A stretch of DNA of 63,207 bases, the filler included. It is 11 parts of 11 records of this genome, joined end to end, with 100 filler letters (N's around TTAATTAATTAA, not from the genome) between each part and the next. Parts side by side here need not be neighbours in the genome. Positions count along the whole stretch, not along the records: positions 26,386 to 33,199 come from SRR20825010_3866; positions 33,300 to 38,165 come from SRR20825010_3867; positions 38,266 to 42,761 come from SRR20825010_3873; 8 more parts are not named here. One strand, written 5' to 3'. The number at the start of each line of letters is the position of its first letter. Position 1 is the first letter of the stretch. The translations under genes and the position numbers were made by a program. Below the pieces are notes generated by a model that saw nothing but the letters and a program-made list of their open reading frames with translations, was not told the DNA's origin and made no database searches. Below are positions 29,326-40,164 of this stretch, one piece after another.

Positions 29326-29925
29326 ATGTCCAGCAACACCCCCATCAAATTGATCGTAGGCCTTGGCAACCCCGGCCCCCAGTATGCAGACACCCGCCAC
29401 AATGCTGGCGTTTGGTATCTGGAAGCGCTTGCACGCAAGCACAATGTATTTCTGCAAAGCGACAAACGCTTTTTCGGCGACATGGCACGCATCAAATTTG
29501 CGGGTGAAGACGTGTGGCTACTGTTTCCCACCACCTTCATGAACAGGTCTGGGCAAGCGGTGGGAGCATTGGCAAAATTCTTCAAAATAAATCCTGAAGA
29601 AATTCTGGTGGCGCACGATGAGCTTGACTTGTTGCCAGGTCAGATCAAAATGAAAAAAGGTGGTGGGCTTGCGGGGCACAATGGTTTGAAAGACATGCAT
29701 GCACACTTGGGCAGCAGTGATTTCTGGCGTGCACGCATTGGCATTGGTCACCCACGCAGCCTGAACCTGCAGCAGGGCGTGGCAGACTTCGTACTGCACC
29801 GCCCAAGCAGTGAACAACAGCAGGTAATCGACAAATCAATCGACGTGTTGCTCAAGCACACCGAGCTGATTTTGAAAGGCCAGATAGGCCAGGCCACCAC
29901 CCACATCCACACGGAGTGCGCATGA
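29326..29925 (+). CDS. pth: Peptidyl-tRNA hydrolase
   Basis: 'LIVGLGNPG..Y..TRHNAG', 'FMNRSG', 'HDELD', 'GHNGLK'. Confidence 0.97.
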   Translation: MSSNTPIKLIVGLGNPGPQYADTRHNAGVWYLEALARKHNVFLQSDKRFFGDMARIKFAGEDVWLLFPTTFMNRSGQAVGALAKFFKINPEEILVAHDELDLLPGQIKMKKGGGLAGHNGLKDMHAHLGSSDFWRARIGIGHPRSLNLQQGVADFVLHRPSSEQQQVIDKSIDVLLKHTELILKGQIGQATTHIHTECA

Positions 29926-31037
29926 AAAGCAGCATTCAAATCATTCTAGGCGACCGCGCCAAAGCACACATTGCCAACAAGGGTTTGCAAGCCGAAGACA
30001 TTTGCGCAATACCTGCGGCAGCTGGTGGCCCGAAAGGCTTGATCCTCCAGGGGCTTGACCAGTACTTGTTCAACGACTGGCTGGGTGCAGACCATTTACG
30101 AACCCGCGCCGAAAAAGGCGTCAAGCCTTTGCAACTGATAGGCGCATCCATTGGTGCGTGGCGCATGGCTGCCGCAGCAAGCAACAACCCGGCGGCCACT
30201 TTGAAGCGCCTTGCCCAACAATATGTGGAAACGCAAGATTACAGCAAGGGCGTTGACCGCCATGAAATAAGCCGCGTGTGCCAGGCCATGGTGCAGGCTG
30301 TGGTTTCTGAGGAAGCACAGCACATGGTAAAACCCGTTGGCAAAGAACTGCTGGTGTGGGTCAACAAAGGGCTGACCCCTTTGCACCATGCGCAGCAACT
30401 GCGCGCCCGCAAACGCGGCTTTGCAAGTGCAGTGCTGGCCAACAGCGTAAACCGCAACAAACTGTCCACCTACTTCGAGCGCTGGGTATTCCAAAGCCCG
30501 GGGGCGCACACCGATTGGTTAAAACAACCCTTCGACCGAATTCCAACCCACATTGAAGACCTGGATGCGCTGAATATTCACGATGCATTGCTGGCCAGTG
30601 GCAGTATCCCGTTTGTGCTGAACCCGGTGTACAAAATTGCCAAGGCTTTGTCTGAAAACCACCCGGAAGTGAAATACCACGAAGGCCCGTTCTGGGACGG
30701 CGGGCTGACCGATTACCACCTGGCCTTGCCCTACAACCGCCTTGATGGCTTGGTGCTGTACCCCCACTTTGCGCCCACAGTTACACCGGGCTGGCTCGAC
30801 AAGTTTTTGAAAGTGCGCAAGGCCAAACCCGAGTGGATGAGCAATGTGATTTTGGTATGCCCATCACCTGAATTTGTCAAACGGCTGCCCGCGAAAAAAA
30901 TCCCGGACCGCAGCGATTTCAAACGCTACAACTTTGACCATCGCATTCGCATACCGCTGTGGCAAAGTGCGATTCGCGAAAGCGAGCGCATGGCCGACGA
31001 CTTTTCAAACTGGATCAGTAAATTGAACGCAGGCTAA
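29922..31037 (+). CDS. Patatin-like phospholipase family protein
   Basis: 'AAGGPK' glycine motif, GxSxG ('GASIG'), 'DGG'; ATGA overlap with pth. Confidence 0.85.
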   Translation: MKSSIQIILGDRAKAHIANKGLQAEDICAIPAAAGGPKGLILQGLDQYLFNDWLGADHLRTRAEKGVKPLQLIGASIGAWRMAAAASNNPAATLKRLAQQYVETQDYSKGVDRHEISRVCQAMVQAVVSEEAQHMVKPVGKELLVWVNKGLTPLHHAQQLRARKRGFASAVLANSVNRNKLSTYFERWVFQSPGAHTDWLKQPFDRIPTHIEDLDALNIHDALLASGSIPFVLNPVYKIAKALSENHPEVKYHEGPFWDGGLTDYHLALPYNRLDGLVLYPHFAPTVTPGWLDKFLKVRKAKPEWMSNVILVCPSPEFVKRLPAKKIPDRSDFKRYNFDHRIRIPLWQSAIRESERMADDFSNWISKLNAG

Positions 31038-31225
31038 AAAACAAACAGACCCAACCCGGATCAAAAACCAACTTCCTGCATCGCAACCCCTCGAAAAATA
31101 CTTAGACAGAATCTTGAAAGAACCCGGAAGAATCCCTCATTTGGGGCACACTTTGCGGGTGGATACAAATATTTGTCTAAGTCATACCATCAATAAACAT
31201 TCTTCTTGATCAAGTTTGTTGAGCT

Positions 31226-32863
31226 ATGAAATCCTGGACTATTGCAAAGAAACTGACAGTTTCAATGGGCATTTTGATTATTCTGTCGGTGTCCATTCTC
31301 GCTGTGTTTGCCTATGAGTTGAAAGGACAGTCCAACAACACACAACTTGCGATAGAAAACAATGTTGCCCCACTAATTGACGTTGCCAACATATTGAACT
31401 TCATTCAGCTGGCGCGGGTTAACCTGCGAGATGCGCTGTTTGCCACTCAGGCCAACGCACCTGAAGAAAAAATACTATATTACCGAAACACTTACCAAGG
31501 CCTGGCCAAACAAGTAGACGATCTGATTGCAAAAGTTCAGCGAAGAACACTTTCCGCAAAAGCCAGCGAGTATCTTAAAGAGGGATCGGCTGGTTGGAAT
31601 GACCTGAAAACTGTGGTCGGCAAAATTGAACGTGCCACAATCGACAGGAATTTCGAACTTGCAATCGAGCTAATGCTAACCGACTGTTACGCTGCGGCCA
31701 AGGTCGCAGTCAGTGGATTCAACCAGTTCGCAGACCAACAACAACTGGAATTAAAAGGATCCGTTGAAAACAACATCCAAAACATCAACTCTTTCACAAT
31801 GAGCGCAAGCATTGCCGCCCTGCTTGCCGTTTGCCTTGCATCAATTCTGGCGATGCGAACCATCAAGCACATGCGCAAATCACTGGCGCAGGCCATCGAA
31901 ATCAGCAAGGCCATCGAAAACGGTGATTTGACACGCGCCGTTGAAAACACCGGGGAAGATGAAACAGGAAAACTACTCGGCAACCTGAACTCCATGAGCA
32001 ATGGCTTGCGGGAAACAGTGTCAGCCATGATCAACGGCACACACCAATTAAAATCAGCCACTGAAATGCTGAACTCTTCATCGAAAGTGCTTAAACACTC
32101 CACCAGCGAGGTATCTGGGTCAACAAACAGCACATCGGCTGCAGTCGAACAACTTGGCGATAGCATGGGTTCCGTGTCGGAATCTGCCGCGCAAGTATTG
32201 GGGAATGTGCAACAAAGTCTTGAACAAACAGAACAAAGCAAAACTCGAATCACAGTGCTGGTAGCGGAAATTGGCAAAGTTGAAAATGCAGTTCAACACA
32301 TGTCGTCCAGCGTGGGGGCTTTCATTAATGCCACACGAAAAATCACCACCATGACCAACGAAATCAAACAAATTGCGGATCAAACCAATTTGCTGGCATT
32401 GAATGCCGCCATTGAAGCTGCCCGCGCAGGCGAGCAAGGCCGCGGCTTCGCAGTGGTTGCCGATGAAGTACGGAAGCTAGCTGAAATGAGTTCGGTGTCC
32501 GCTGTCAAAATTTCGGAAACCACCGCCGAACTGAACAGCCTGGCCCAAGTGGTGGAAGGTGCGGTGGGCGACGGTCTTAGCTCAATTACCAGCTCAAGGG
32601 GATACGCAGACCTAGCGGTGAACGCCATTGTTGAAACCGAACAGCAGGCACAGCGCTCGCTGTCTGAGGTCAACAGAATAACCCATGGCGTTACAGAGCA
32701 GGCCAAAGCGTCTGACCTGGTTTCCAAAAACCTGGGGAATATCGTGACCATGATGGACACCAGCGAAAAAGCTTTGAATAAAAACCTCGAAAGCACACAA
32801 TCCATTCTGGCGGTCGCCAACCAACTGGAACAGGCAGCGACCAAATTTAGACTTCAAAAGTGA
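31226..32863 (+). CDS. Methyl-accepting chemotaxis protein (4HB sensor)
   Basis: Two TMs, four-helix sensor, HAMP, '[37 protein letters not shown]'. Confidence 0.97.
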   Translation: MKSWTIAKKLTVSMGILIILSVSILAVFAYELKGQSNNTQLAIENNVAPLIDVANILNFIQLARVNLRDALFATQANAPEEKILYYRNTYQGLAKQVDDLIAKVQRRTLSAKASEYLKEGSAGWNDLKTVVGKIERATIDRNFELAIELMLTDCYAAAKVAVSGFNQFADQQQLELKGSVENNIQNINSFTMSASIAALLAVCLASILAMRTIKHMRKSLAQAIEISKAIENGDLTRAVENTGEDETGKLLGNLNSMSNGLRETVSAMINGTHQLKSATEMLNSSSKVLKHSTSEVSGSTNSTSAAVEQLGDSMGSVSESAAQVLGNVQQSLEQTEQSKTRITVLVAEIGKVENAVQHMSSSVGAFINATRKITTMTNEIKQIADQTNLLALNAAIEAARAGEQGRGFAVVADEVRKLAEMSSVSAVKISETTAELNSLAQVVEGAVGDGLSSITSSRGYADLAVNAIVETEQQAQRSLSEVNRITHGVTEQAKASDLVSKNLGNIVTMMDTSEKALNKNLESTQSILAVANQLEQAATKFRLQK

Positions 32864-32868
32864 ACAGG

Positions 32869-32898
32869 ATGGGGTGAACAAGGTACAATTCACCCCAT
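32869..32898. terminator. Stem-loop between MCP and ychF
   Basis: ATGGGGTGAA-CAAGGTACAA-TTCACCCCAT. Confidence 0.55.
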
Positions 32899-32923
32899 TC
32901 AATTAAGCACTTAGCGAATTCTC

Positions 32924-33199
32924 ATGACCCTCAAATGCGGCATCGTTGGCCTTCCCAACGTCGGTAAATCCACACTGTTCAACGCGCTCACCAAAGCGGG
33001 TATTCCAGCAGAAAACTATCCATTTTGTACCATCGAGCCCAACGTGGGCATGGTTGAAGTACCCGATCAACGCCTGCAAAAACTGGCCGACATAGTAAAG
33101 CCCGAACGAATTTTGCCTGCCACTGTTGAGTTTGTAGACATTGCCGGCCTGGTGGCCGGTGCATCCAAGGGCGAAGGGCTGGGCAACCAGTTTCTGGCC
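32924..33199 (+). CDS. ychF: Redox-regulated ATPase YchF (3' truncated)
   Basis: '[18 protein letters not shown]', '[10 protein letters not shown]', '[20 protein letters not shown]'. Confidence 0.97.
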
Positions 33200-33300
33200 N
33201 NNNNNNNNNNNNNNNNNNNNNNNNNNNNNNNNNNNNNNNNNNNTTAATTAATTAANNNNNNNNNNNNNNNNNNNNNNNNNNNNNNNNNNNNNNNNNNNNC

Positions 33301-33540
33301 TTCAGCTTCCTCGCGCCCTGCCCCTCGTCGGGTCTGGTCATCAACGGGACCGCCGACCGTGTGGCCCCGCCGGTTGATACCCGGTCGCTGGTGTCCAAAC
33401 TGCATGAGCAGAAGGGCATCACGATCACCCACCAAGAGGTCGAAGGGTCCGGGCATTTCTTTGAAGAGCCGCACATGGACACGCTGATGGACTCGGTATC
33501 CACCTATGTGAAGCGGCGCTTGACCGAAAACAGCCGCTGA
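33301..33540 (+). CDS. Alpha/beta hydrolase (COG2945), C-terminal fragment
   Basis: Translates FSFLAPCPSSGLVINGTADRV...GHFF...RRLTENSR*; not in the ORF track. Confidence 0.85.
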   Translation, partial: FSFLAPCPSSGLVINGTADRVAPPVDTRSLVSKLHEQKGITITHQEVEGSGHFFEEPHMDTLMDSVSTYVKRRLTENSR

Positions 33541-33549
33541 GGAGCGCCC

Positions 33550-33831
33550 ATGTCCGTCGTCGATGATCTGGCAGACAAGCTCGCCCGTGACACGATCAAG
33601 GCGATGGACGCGCTTGGGGACGAAAACCTGCCGGATCAGGTGGCTGCGGTGTTGGGGGCGTCTTCGCCCTCATCCGAGGAAATCTTTCGCGCCGCCGTTC
33701 GCATCCGTCTGGCCGAACGGCGCGCGCGCACCTTTCTGAATGACCACGTCCAAAAGGCGCTGGATGCCAAAAAACGCGGCCAGGCTATACCGCAGGCATT
33801 GGCACCGGGGTCGGACAACGAAAACCTCTGA
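33550..33831 (+). CDS. Hypothetical protein
   Basis: GAGGAG RBS, typical codon usage, 'LGASSPSSEE.F..AVRIRLAERRAR' helix. Confidence 0.75.
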   Translation: MSVVDDLADKLARDTIKAMDALGDENLPDQVAAVLGASSPSSEEIFRAAVRIRLAERRARTFLNDHVQKALDAKKRGQAIPQALAPGSDNENL

Positions 33832-33918
33832 CCCGGCACTTGGGCCAGAGGTTTGTCGCATCACCACAGTCCAATCAACACAATGCGCGTCACGCCTGAT
33901 CGGCGGCGGGCGGGCAAG

Positions 33919-34347
33919 TCAGCTTGCCTCGACCGGCCAATGCCCGGCCAGATCCCGCAGCCCGGCCCGGATCAATTCCGCCAGCACATCCAGATCAACC
34001 TTCGACAACGCGCCAAGGTACAGGCAGGACTTGCCCAGGTTATGCGGCCCCAGTCGGGACAGGATCGCGCTGTAATCCGTGTAACCGGGCATGATGTAGA
34101 CCACCATCTTGGCCTTGCGCGGCGCAAATCCGGTGGCCAGACTTTGCCCGGAATGCCCGCTGGCATAGGTGTAGGCATAGCACCCATAGCCCACCATCGA
34201 TGCGCCCCAGATCACCGGCCGCCATCCTGTGACCTCTCGAAAAAGGCGGTCCAGCACCAGCGCATCCTCGCGCCGCCGCGCCGGTTCGACCCCGGCCAGA
34301 AACTCCGCGACCGGAACATCCGAGGGCACTGTCATGCGTTCCGCCAT
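33919..34347 (-). CDS. DUF1801 family protein
   Basis: 'WGASMVGYG.Y.YTYASG', 'GFAPRK', 'LGPH..GKSCLY'; GGAGG RBS before ATG 34347. Confidence 0.88.
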   Translation of the reverse strand: MAERMTVPSDVPVAEFLAGVEPARRREDALVLDRLFREVTGWRPVIWGASMVGYGCYAYTYASGHSGQSLATGFAPRKAKMVVYIMPGYTDYSAILSRLGPHNLGKSCLYLGALSKVDLDVLAELIRAGLRDLAGHWPVEAS

Positions 34348-34410
34348 CTTGTTGACCTCCGAATCTCCTGCCCCTGCCATGCGGCAGCCAGCTGGCCACC
34401 TCAGACCTCA

Positions 34411-35805
34411 TCAGAAATGGATCGCCCGCCCCCATGCATCCAGCACGGATTCGTGCATCATCTCGCTCAGCGTGGGATGCGGGAACACGGTCTGCATCAG
34501 GTCCGCCTCCGTCGTCTCCAACTGCCGACCGACGACGTAGCCCTGGATCAACTCCGTCACCTCGGCCCCGACCATGTGCGCGCCCAGCAGCGCGCCGGTC
34601 GCCGCGTCGAACACCGTTTTGACCATACCCTCCGGTTCGCCCAGTGCGATGGCCTTGCCGTTGCCGATGAACGGGAACCGCCCCACCTTGATGTCATGAC
34701 CCTGCGCCTTGGCCTGCGCCTCTGTCAGCCCGACAGAGGCGATCTGCGGCTGGCAATAGGTGCAGCCCGCGATGCTGTCCGGGTCCACCGCATGGGCATC
34801 CTGCCCTGCGATCAGTTCGGCCACCATGACCCCCTCATGGCTGGCCTTGTGCGCCAGCCAAGGCGCGCCCGCGATGTCGCCGATGGCATAGACACCCTCG
34901 ACGCCGGTGCGGCACATCGGGTCGGTCACGACATGGGACCGGTCAACCCGGACACCCATATCCTCCAGCCCCAGACCTTCTACATTTCCAACAATACCCA
35001 CAGCCGAAATCACTGTATCGACTGTGATCTTTGACTTATCCCCATTTTTATCCACATGGGCGACAACCGCATCCTCGCCGCGCTCCAGCTGCGCAACCTT
35101 GGCCCCTTCGAGGATTGTCATGCCCTGTTTCACAAACTGCTTTTTGGCAAAAGCGGCGATTTCTTCGTCCTCGACGGGCAGGATTCGGTCCATGACCTCG
35201 ACCACCGTGACCTCGGCCCCCAGCGTCGCATAGAAACTGGCAAACTCGATGCCGATGGCCCCGGACCCGATCACCAACAGCTTGGACGGCATCCGCTTGG
35301 GCACCAGCGCGTGTTTGTAGGTCCAGACCCGGTCGCCATCCGCCTCCAGCCCCGGCAACTCACGCGCCCGCGCGCCGGTGGCCAGAACAACGTTGGCAGC
35401 TTCCAGCACCTGTTCGCCCTTGTCCGTGGTGACATGCACCCGCCCCGGCCCATCCAGCCGAGCGGTACCCATGATCGTCGTGACCTTGTTTTTCTTCAGC
35501 AGATGCCCGACGCCCGATGACAGCTGTTTCGCCACGCCTCGAGACCGTTTGACCACGGCGTCCAGATCATAGCCCAGCCCGTCGGCCGACAGGCCAAACT
35601 CCTTGGCGCGCTGCATCAGGTGGAACACCTCGGCTGACCGCAACATCGCCTTGGTCGGAATGCAGCCCCAGTTGAGACAGATGCCGCCCATATGCTCGCG
35701 TTCGACCACCGCCACGCGCAACCCCAGTTGCGCCCCCCGGATGGCCGCGACATAGCCGCCGGGGCCCGCCCCGATCACCACCATGTCAAAGCGTTGCTCG
35801 CTCAT
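34411..35805 (-). CDS. lpdA: Dihydrolipoyl dehydrogenase
   Basis: 'GAGPGGYVAA', 'GGICLNWGCIPTK', 'HPTLSE'; ATG at 35805. Confidence 0.97.
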   Translation of the reverse strand: MSEQRFDMVVIGAGPGGYVAAIRGAQLGLRVAVVEREHMGGICLNWGCIPTKAMLRSAEVFHLMQRAKEFGLSADGLGYDLDAVVKRSRGVAKQLSSGVGHLLKKNKVTTIMGTARLDGPGRVHVTTDKGEQVLEAANVVLATGARARELPGLEADGDRVWTYKHALVPKRMPSKLLVIGSGAIGIEFASFYATLGAEVTVVEVMDRILPVEDEEIAAFAKKQFVKQGMTILEGAKVAQLERGEDAVVAHVDKNGDKSKITVDTVISAVGIVGNVEGLGLEDMGVRVDRSHVVTDPMCRTGVEGVYAIGDIAGAPWLAHKASHEGVMVAELIAGQDAHAVDPDSIAGCTYCQPQIASVGLTEAQAKAQGHDIKVGRFPFIGNGKAIALGEPEGMVKTVFDAATGALLGAHMVGAEVTELIQGYVVGRQLETTEADLMQTVFPHPTLSEMMHESVLDAWGRAIHF

Positions 35806-35894
35806 GCCGTTCCTCCCTGCCTCGTCGCGGCAAAGGCTAGCCGAGCACCGGGCGCGGGGCAATCACCCCGCGCGCCTCAGGTCAGGCGACGAAC

Positions 35895-36476
35895 TCAGGC
35901 GGCGACGTCGGCCTGCAGGTCGCGCAGGATCTCTGCGTATCCGCCATTGTCCAGAAAGCCCTGCTCTGGCTCGGTGGTGCGGCGCGACAGGGCCGCGTTG
36001 CGATAGGGAAAGCGGCCAAAGTTGCGGATCACTTCGCGGTGGACACGCGCGTGCAGCAGGTTGTTGTCCGATTCCGGCATCCGCTCTTTGAACAAGCGCA
36101 CGCAACGGTCCTGATCACACAGGTTTTCCGCGTGCATCAGAGGCATGTAAAAGAACTGCCGCGCCGGGGCGTCGATCTTGAGATCCCAGCCGCGATGAAT
36201 TGCCTGTTTCGCCGCCGCGCGCGCCACCTCATCCGAGGCAAAGGCACGCGGATCTTCACGGAACATGTTGCGCGGAAACTGATCGGCCAGAATGATATAG
36301 GCCAGCGCGCCTGACGGATAGGTCAGCCACAGGCCAAAACGCCCGTCCATCAGCCCCTGAAGAGCGTCGCCAAACCGCGTGCGGATCGTCTCATCCAGCG
36401 CATCGTCTTTAGCGTACCAGCCCTTTGGGCCCACCTCATCCAGCCAAAAGGCCAGTACATCGTCGGGCGTGATCAT
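35895..36476 (-). CDS. DUF924 family protein
   Basis: 'DQFPRNMFR', 'FFYMPLMHAE', 'FGRFPYRN'; AAGGAG RBS before ATG 36476. Confidence 0.9.
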   Translation of the reverse strand: MITPDDVLAFWLDEVGPKGWYAKDDALDETIRTRFGDALQGLMDGRFGLWLTYPSGALAYIILADQFPRNMFREDPRAFASDEVARAAAKQAIHRGWDLKIDAPARQFFYMPLMHAENLCDQDRCVRLFKERMPESDNNLLHARVHREVIRNFGRFPYRNAALSRRTTEPEQGFLDNGGYAEILRDLQADVAA

Positions 36477-36575
36477 CTGCTTCTCCTTTGTCACCCATTA
36501 CGCATCCCACCACGAAAGATCATTGCGCATACTGCGGCAGGCACCCAAATCACGAATTCTGTCAGGTTCTGACAG

Positions 36576-37838
36576 TCAAGGCGTTGGGGACTCTGCATCT
36601 TCGTCCTGTTGGTCAATGAAATACTCCTGCGCCACCTCGACGGCGACCTGCGTCGAGGACGGCATGACCGGCGCATAGGCGCCCGTGTCCCCGACAGAGG
36701 GCGCGGCCCGCTGCGTCATCCGGTACAGCGCGTAAACCGCGATGATCGCAAGCAACCCCAGGATCAGCACAAAGAACCCGCTCGGCCCGGCGACCCCCAT
36801 GACCCAACCAATCACCAGCGGGCCAGCGATGGCCCCCATGCCGTTGACAAACAGCAGCCCGGCAGAGGCGCTGGCCATGTCTTCGGGCTGAAGAAAGTCG
36901 TTGGTATAGGCAATCAGCAGCGAATACAGCGGGTTGGAACACCCCCCGATCACAAAGGCAGAGGCCACCAACACGGTGAACGATCCGCCTAGCGCCGCCG
37001 CGACCGCCGCCGCCACGGCCCCGACCGCTGCCACCAGCATGACCAACCGCCGCCGGTCGACCCGGTCGGAAATCCACCCCAGCGGGTATTGCAACACCAA
37101 GGCGCCGACATAAAACGACGCCACAAAGATCGAGATCTGGCTGAGTTTCAGACCGACCTCGGTGGCATAGACGGCGGCCATGCCGAACTGCGCCGAAAAC
37201 ACGCCGCCCAGAAAGAACATCCCCACCATGCCCAGCGGCGACACGCCATATAGCTCTCGCAGGGTCATCGGCTTGGAGGATTCAAAGGCCGGCGTCGGCT
37301 GGATCGACAGCAGAATCGGCGCAAATGAGATCGAAACCAGCACCGATGGAATGACAAACAGCAGGAAGCCCGAGGCATCCGGGACAACCAACAGCCCCTG
37401 ACTGATGATGATGCCGCCCATCTGGACAATCATGTAGGCCGACAGGGTCTGACCCCGCGTTTCATTGTCGGCGGCATTGTTCAGCCAGCTTTCGGCGGTC
37501 ACATAGACGCCGCAGAAACAGAACCCCAGCACCAGCCGCCCCAGCGTCCAGGCAATCGGATCTTGCAAGGCCGGAAACAGGATCAGCGCCGCCGAGATCA
37601 GGGACCCCAGCGCGGCAAAGACCCGGACGTGGCCGACCCGCCGGATCATGCCGGGCACCGTCCGCGACGCGAACAGGAAACCGGCGAAATAGCCCGACAT
37701 CACAATCGACATGGTGCCGGCAGAGAAACCGGCCTCTGCCCCCCGCACGCCCAGCAAAGAGCCCTGCAACCCGTTGCCGATCATCAGGAGCAACATGCCA
37801 AGCAAGAGCGCCCAAGAGTTTTTCATCACATGCAGCAA
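36576..37838 (-). CDS. MFS transporter (YcaD-like)
   Basis: 12 TM pattern, 'RRVGHVRVF', 'ESWLN', 'GWISDRVDRR'; TTG start at 37838 likely. Confidence 0.92.
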   Translation of the reverse strand: MLHVMKNSWALLLGMLLLMIGNGLQGSLLGVRGAEAGFSAGTMSIVMSGYFAGFLFASRTVPGMIRRVGHVRVFAALGSLISAALILFPALQDPIAWTLGRLVLGFCFCGVYVTAESWLNNAADNETRGQTLSAYMIVQMGGIIISQGLLVVPDASGFLLFVIPSVLVSISFAPILLSIQPTPAFESSKPMTLRELYGVSPLGMVGMFFLGGVFSAQFGMAAVYATEVGLKLSQISIFVASFYVGALVLQYPLGWISDRVDRRRLVMLVAAVGAVAAAVAAALGGSFTVLVASAFVIGGCSNPLYSLLIAYTNDFLQPEDMASASAGLLFVNGMGAIAGPLVIGWVMGVAGPSGFFVLILGLLAIIAVYALYRMTQRAAPSVGDTGAYAPVMPSSTQVAVEVAQEYFIDQQDEDAESPTP

Positions 37839-38009
37839 CGGTTTATTCCTTCTTTTGCCCAGACTGCCGGGCATGGCTGATCATTTGCAGACCACAGGCG
37901 ACGCCCTGCACGATTCGATGTCGCAGGGAAACCATTCCCGGCACCCGAGCGGCGGAAACCCGCGTTTTAGCGATTGGGTTTTGGGGATTTCCCGACGTCG
38001 CGGCGGTCG

Positions 38010-38165
38010 TCAGCCGCGGGGCGGCAGCAACAGCGAGGCATCACCGTAAGAGAAGAAACGATAGTCCTCGGCCACGGCGTGTTCATAGATGGCACGAATA
38101 CGCTCAGAGCCCATCAGGGCCGAGACCAACATCATCAGCGTCGATTTCGGCAGGTGAAAATTGGT
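38010..38165 (-). CDS. queA: tRNA preQ1 S-adenosylmethionine ribosyltransferase-isomerase, C-terminal fragment
   Basis: Translates [16 protein letters not shown]...[12 protein letters not shown]; not in the ORF track. Confidence 0.92.
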   Translation of the reverse strand, partial: TNFHLPKSTLMMLVSALMGSERIRAIYEHAVAEDYRFFSYGDASLLLPPRG

Positions 38166-38265
38166 NNNNNNNNNNNNNNNNNNNNNNNNNNNNNNNNNNN
38201 NNNNNNNNNTTAATTAATTAANNNNNNNNNNNNNNNNNNNNNNNNNNNNNNNNNNNNNNNNNNNN

Positions 38266-38570
<305 letters not shown>

Positions 38571-38824
38571 CTACACCTCTTTCGAGCCGGAACTGTGCTA
38601 ACCCGCATGACAGAAGCAGAGGTAAGGCGCTGGACACTAAGTCGCCAAGCAATGTAAATTTTCTTGTGTGCTCTACTTCCACGGGCTGGTCGCCTTGGCG
38701 GTCCGTGTGCAGAGGCAATGGTGCAAAGGCGACGAATTTTTGTCCCATGTCCACCTTGCAGGTGACACGAAGGACTTAGCACTTTGTTAGCATCCCTTTA
38801 TGCGTGGAATACGGAGAGTATAAG

Positions 38825-40111
38825 ATGAGTGTAGCTAAACCCCCGAGTGATCTGGCTAAAGTTTGGGATCTGCCCAAGGCCGTCTGCCCCGTCGGCAGCA
38901 TCGGTCATCGTTGGGATCCGTACGACCAACACGCCATGTACAAGGTACTGGGTGAGGCACGTCAATCCGAGCCGGTGTTCTATTCACCCGAACTCGATTA
39001 CTGGGTGGTCACGCGCTATGATGACGTGATGAGCATTCTGCGTAATCCAAGCGTGTTCTCAGCGGCAAATGCCAACACGCCAGTCGCGCCAGTCCCCCAG
39101 GAAGCTCTGAGCATTCTCGATGAGGGCGGATACGCACTGGAAGGTATCCAGGTGAACTGTGACCCGCCGCGCCATGATCGTATCCGGACCCATGTCAGCC
39201 AGGCGATGGGGATGAAACGACTGATGGCACTTGAGCCACATATCGTGCGCAACGTCGAACTAGGGATAAAAAATCTGCAGGGCAAGAACCGTGTGGATAT
39301 CTTGAAAGACTTTATCTACGAGTTTCCTGCGCGAGTGATCTTCAGTCTTTTGGATATTCCCGAAAGCGACGCGGCCCAAGTCAAAGCCTGGGCAATGGAC
39401 CGGGCTTTGATGAGCTTCACGCATTCCAGCAAGAACAAACAGATCGATGGAGCACGCAATCTGGTCGAATTCTGGAACTATTGCGTGAAACACGTGCAAA
39501 AGAAAATGCTCAATCCCGGAGACGACTATGTCAGTGATTTGCTGGCCGTCCGTGATGGCGACGACGACAAGCTGACTTTGAATGAGATCAACTCGGCCGC
39601 CTTTGGGTTGTTGTTCGCGGGCCATGAAACAACCACCAACCAGTCTACCCATCTTCTAAATGCGTTGCTGTCAGGTGACGGCCTGTGGCAGCAGTTGGTG
39701 GATGAACCTTCGCTCATTCCATCGGCAGTCGAAGAAGGGTTGCGCATGTATGGCGCGGTGGCCAACTGGCGCCGTCGTGCGGTTGAGGACGTTACGATCG
39801 GGGGAATGGACATTCCTGCCGGTTCAGGCATCGTCATCTCTTTTGCTGCGGCGAACCGCGACCCGGAAATGTTCGAAGACCCGGATGAATTCCGTTTGGA
39901 TCGCAAAAACGTGCGTAAGCATCTGACCTTTGGAAACGGCCTGCATTTCTGTATGGGTGCCCCATTGGCGCGCCTCGAAATGAAACTGCTTTTCCAGACG
40001 ATGACACGGGAGTTTCCGAACATGAAGCTTGCGGCGGATGAAGAGATCGACTTTGTCCGGGCCTTCGGCTTTCGCGCACCAAAGTCACTGTGGGTCGACC
40101 TTCAGGGGTGA
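38825..40111 (+). CDS. Cytochrome P450 (stand-alone, CYP116-like heme domain)
   Basis: I-helix 'AGHETT', ExxR 'EEGLR', heme motif 'FGNGLHFCMG'; 'PVFYSPELDYWVVTRY' and 'NWRRRA' recall CYP116. Confidence 0.93.
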   Translation: MSVAKPPSDLAKVWDLPKAVCPVGSIGHRWDPYDQHAMYKVLGEARQSEPVFYSPELDYWVVTRYDDVMSILRNPSVFSAANANTPVAPVPQEALSILDEGGYALEGIQVNCDPPRHDRIRTHVSQAMGMKRLMALEPHIVRNVELGIKNLQGKNRVDILKDFIYEFPARVIFSLLDIPESDAAQVKAWAMDRALMSFTHSSKNKQIDGARNLVEFWNYCVKHVQKKMLNPGDDYVSDLLAVRDGDDDKLTLNEINSAAFGLLFAGHETTTNQSTHLLNALLSGDGLWQQLVDEPSLIPSAVEEGLRMYGAVANWRRRAVEDVTIGGMDIPAGSGIVISFAAANRDPEMFEDPDEFRLDRKNVRKHLTFGNGLHFCMGAPLARLEMKLLFQTMTREFPNMKLAADEEIDFVRAFGFRAPKSLWVDLQG

Positions 40112-40164
40112 CGAACAGTGACGGGTTGGAACGACGCAACAGGTAACTAAGCTTCAGGTGAACT

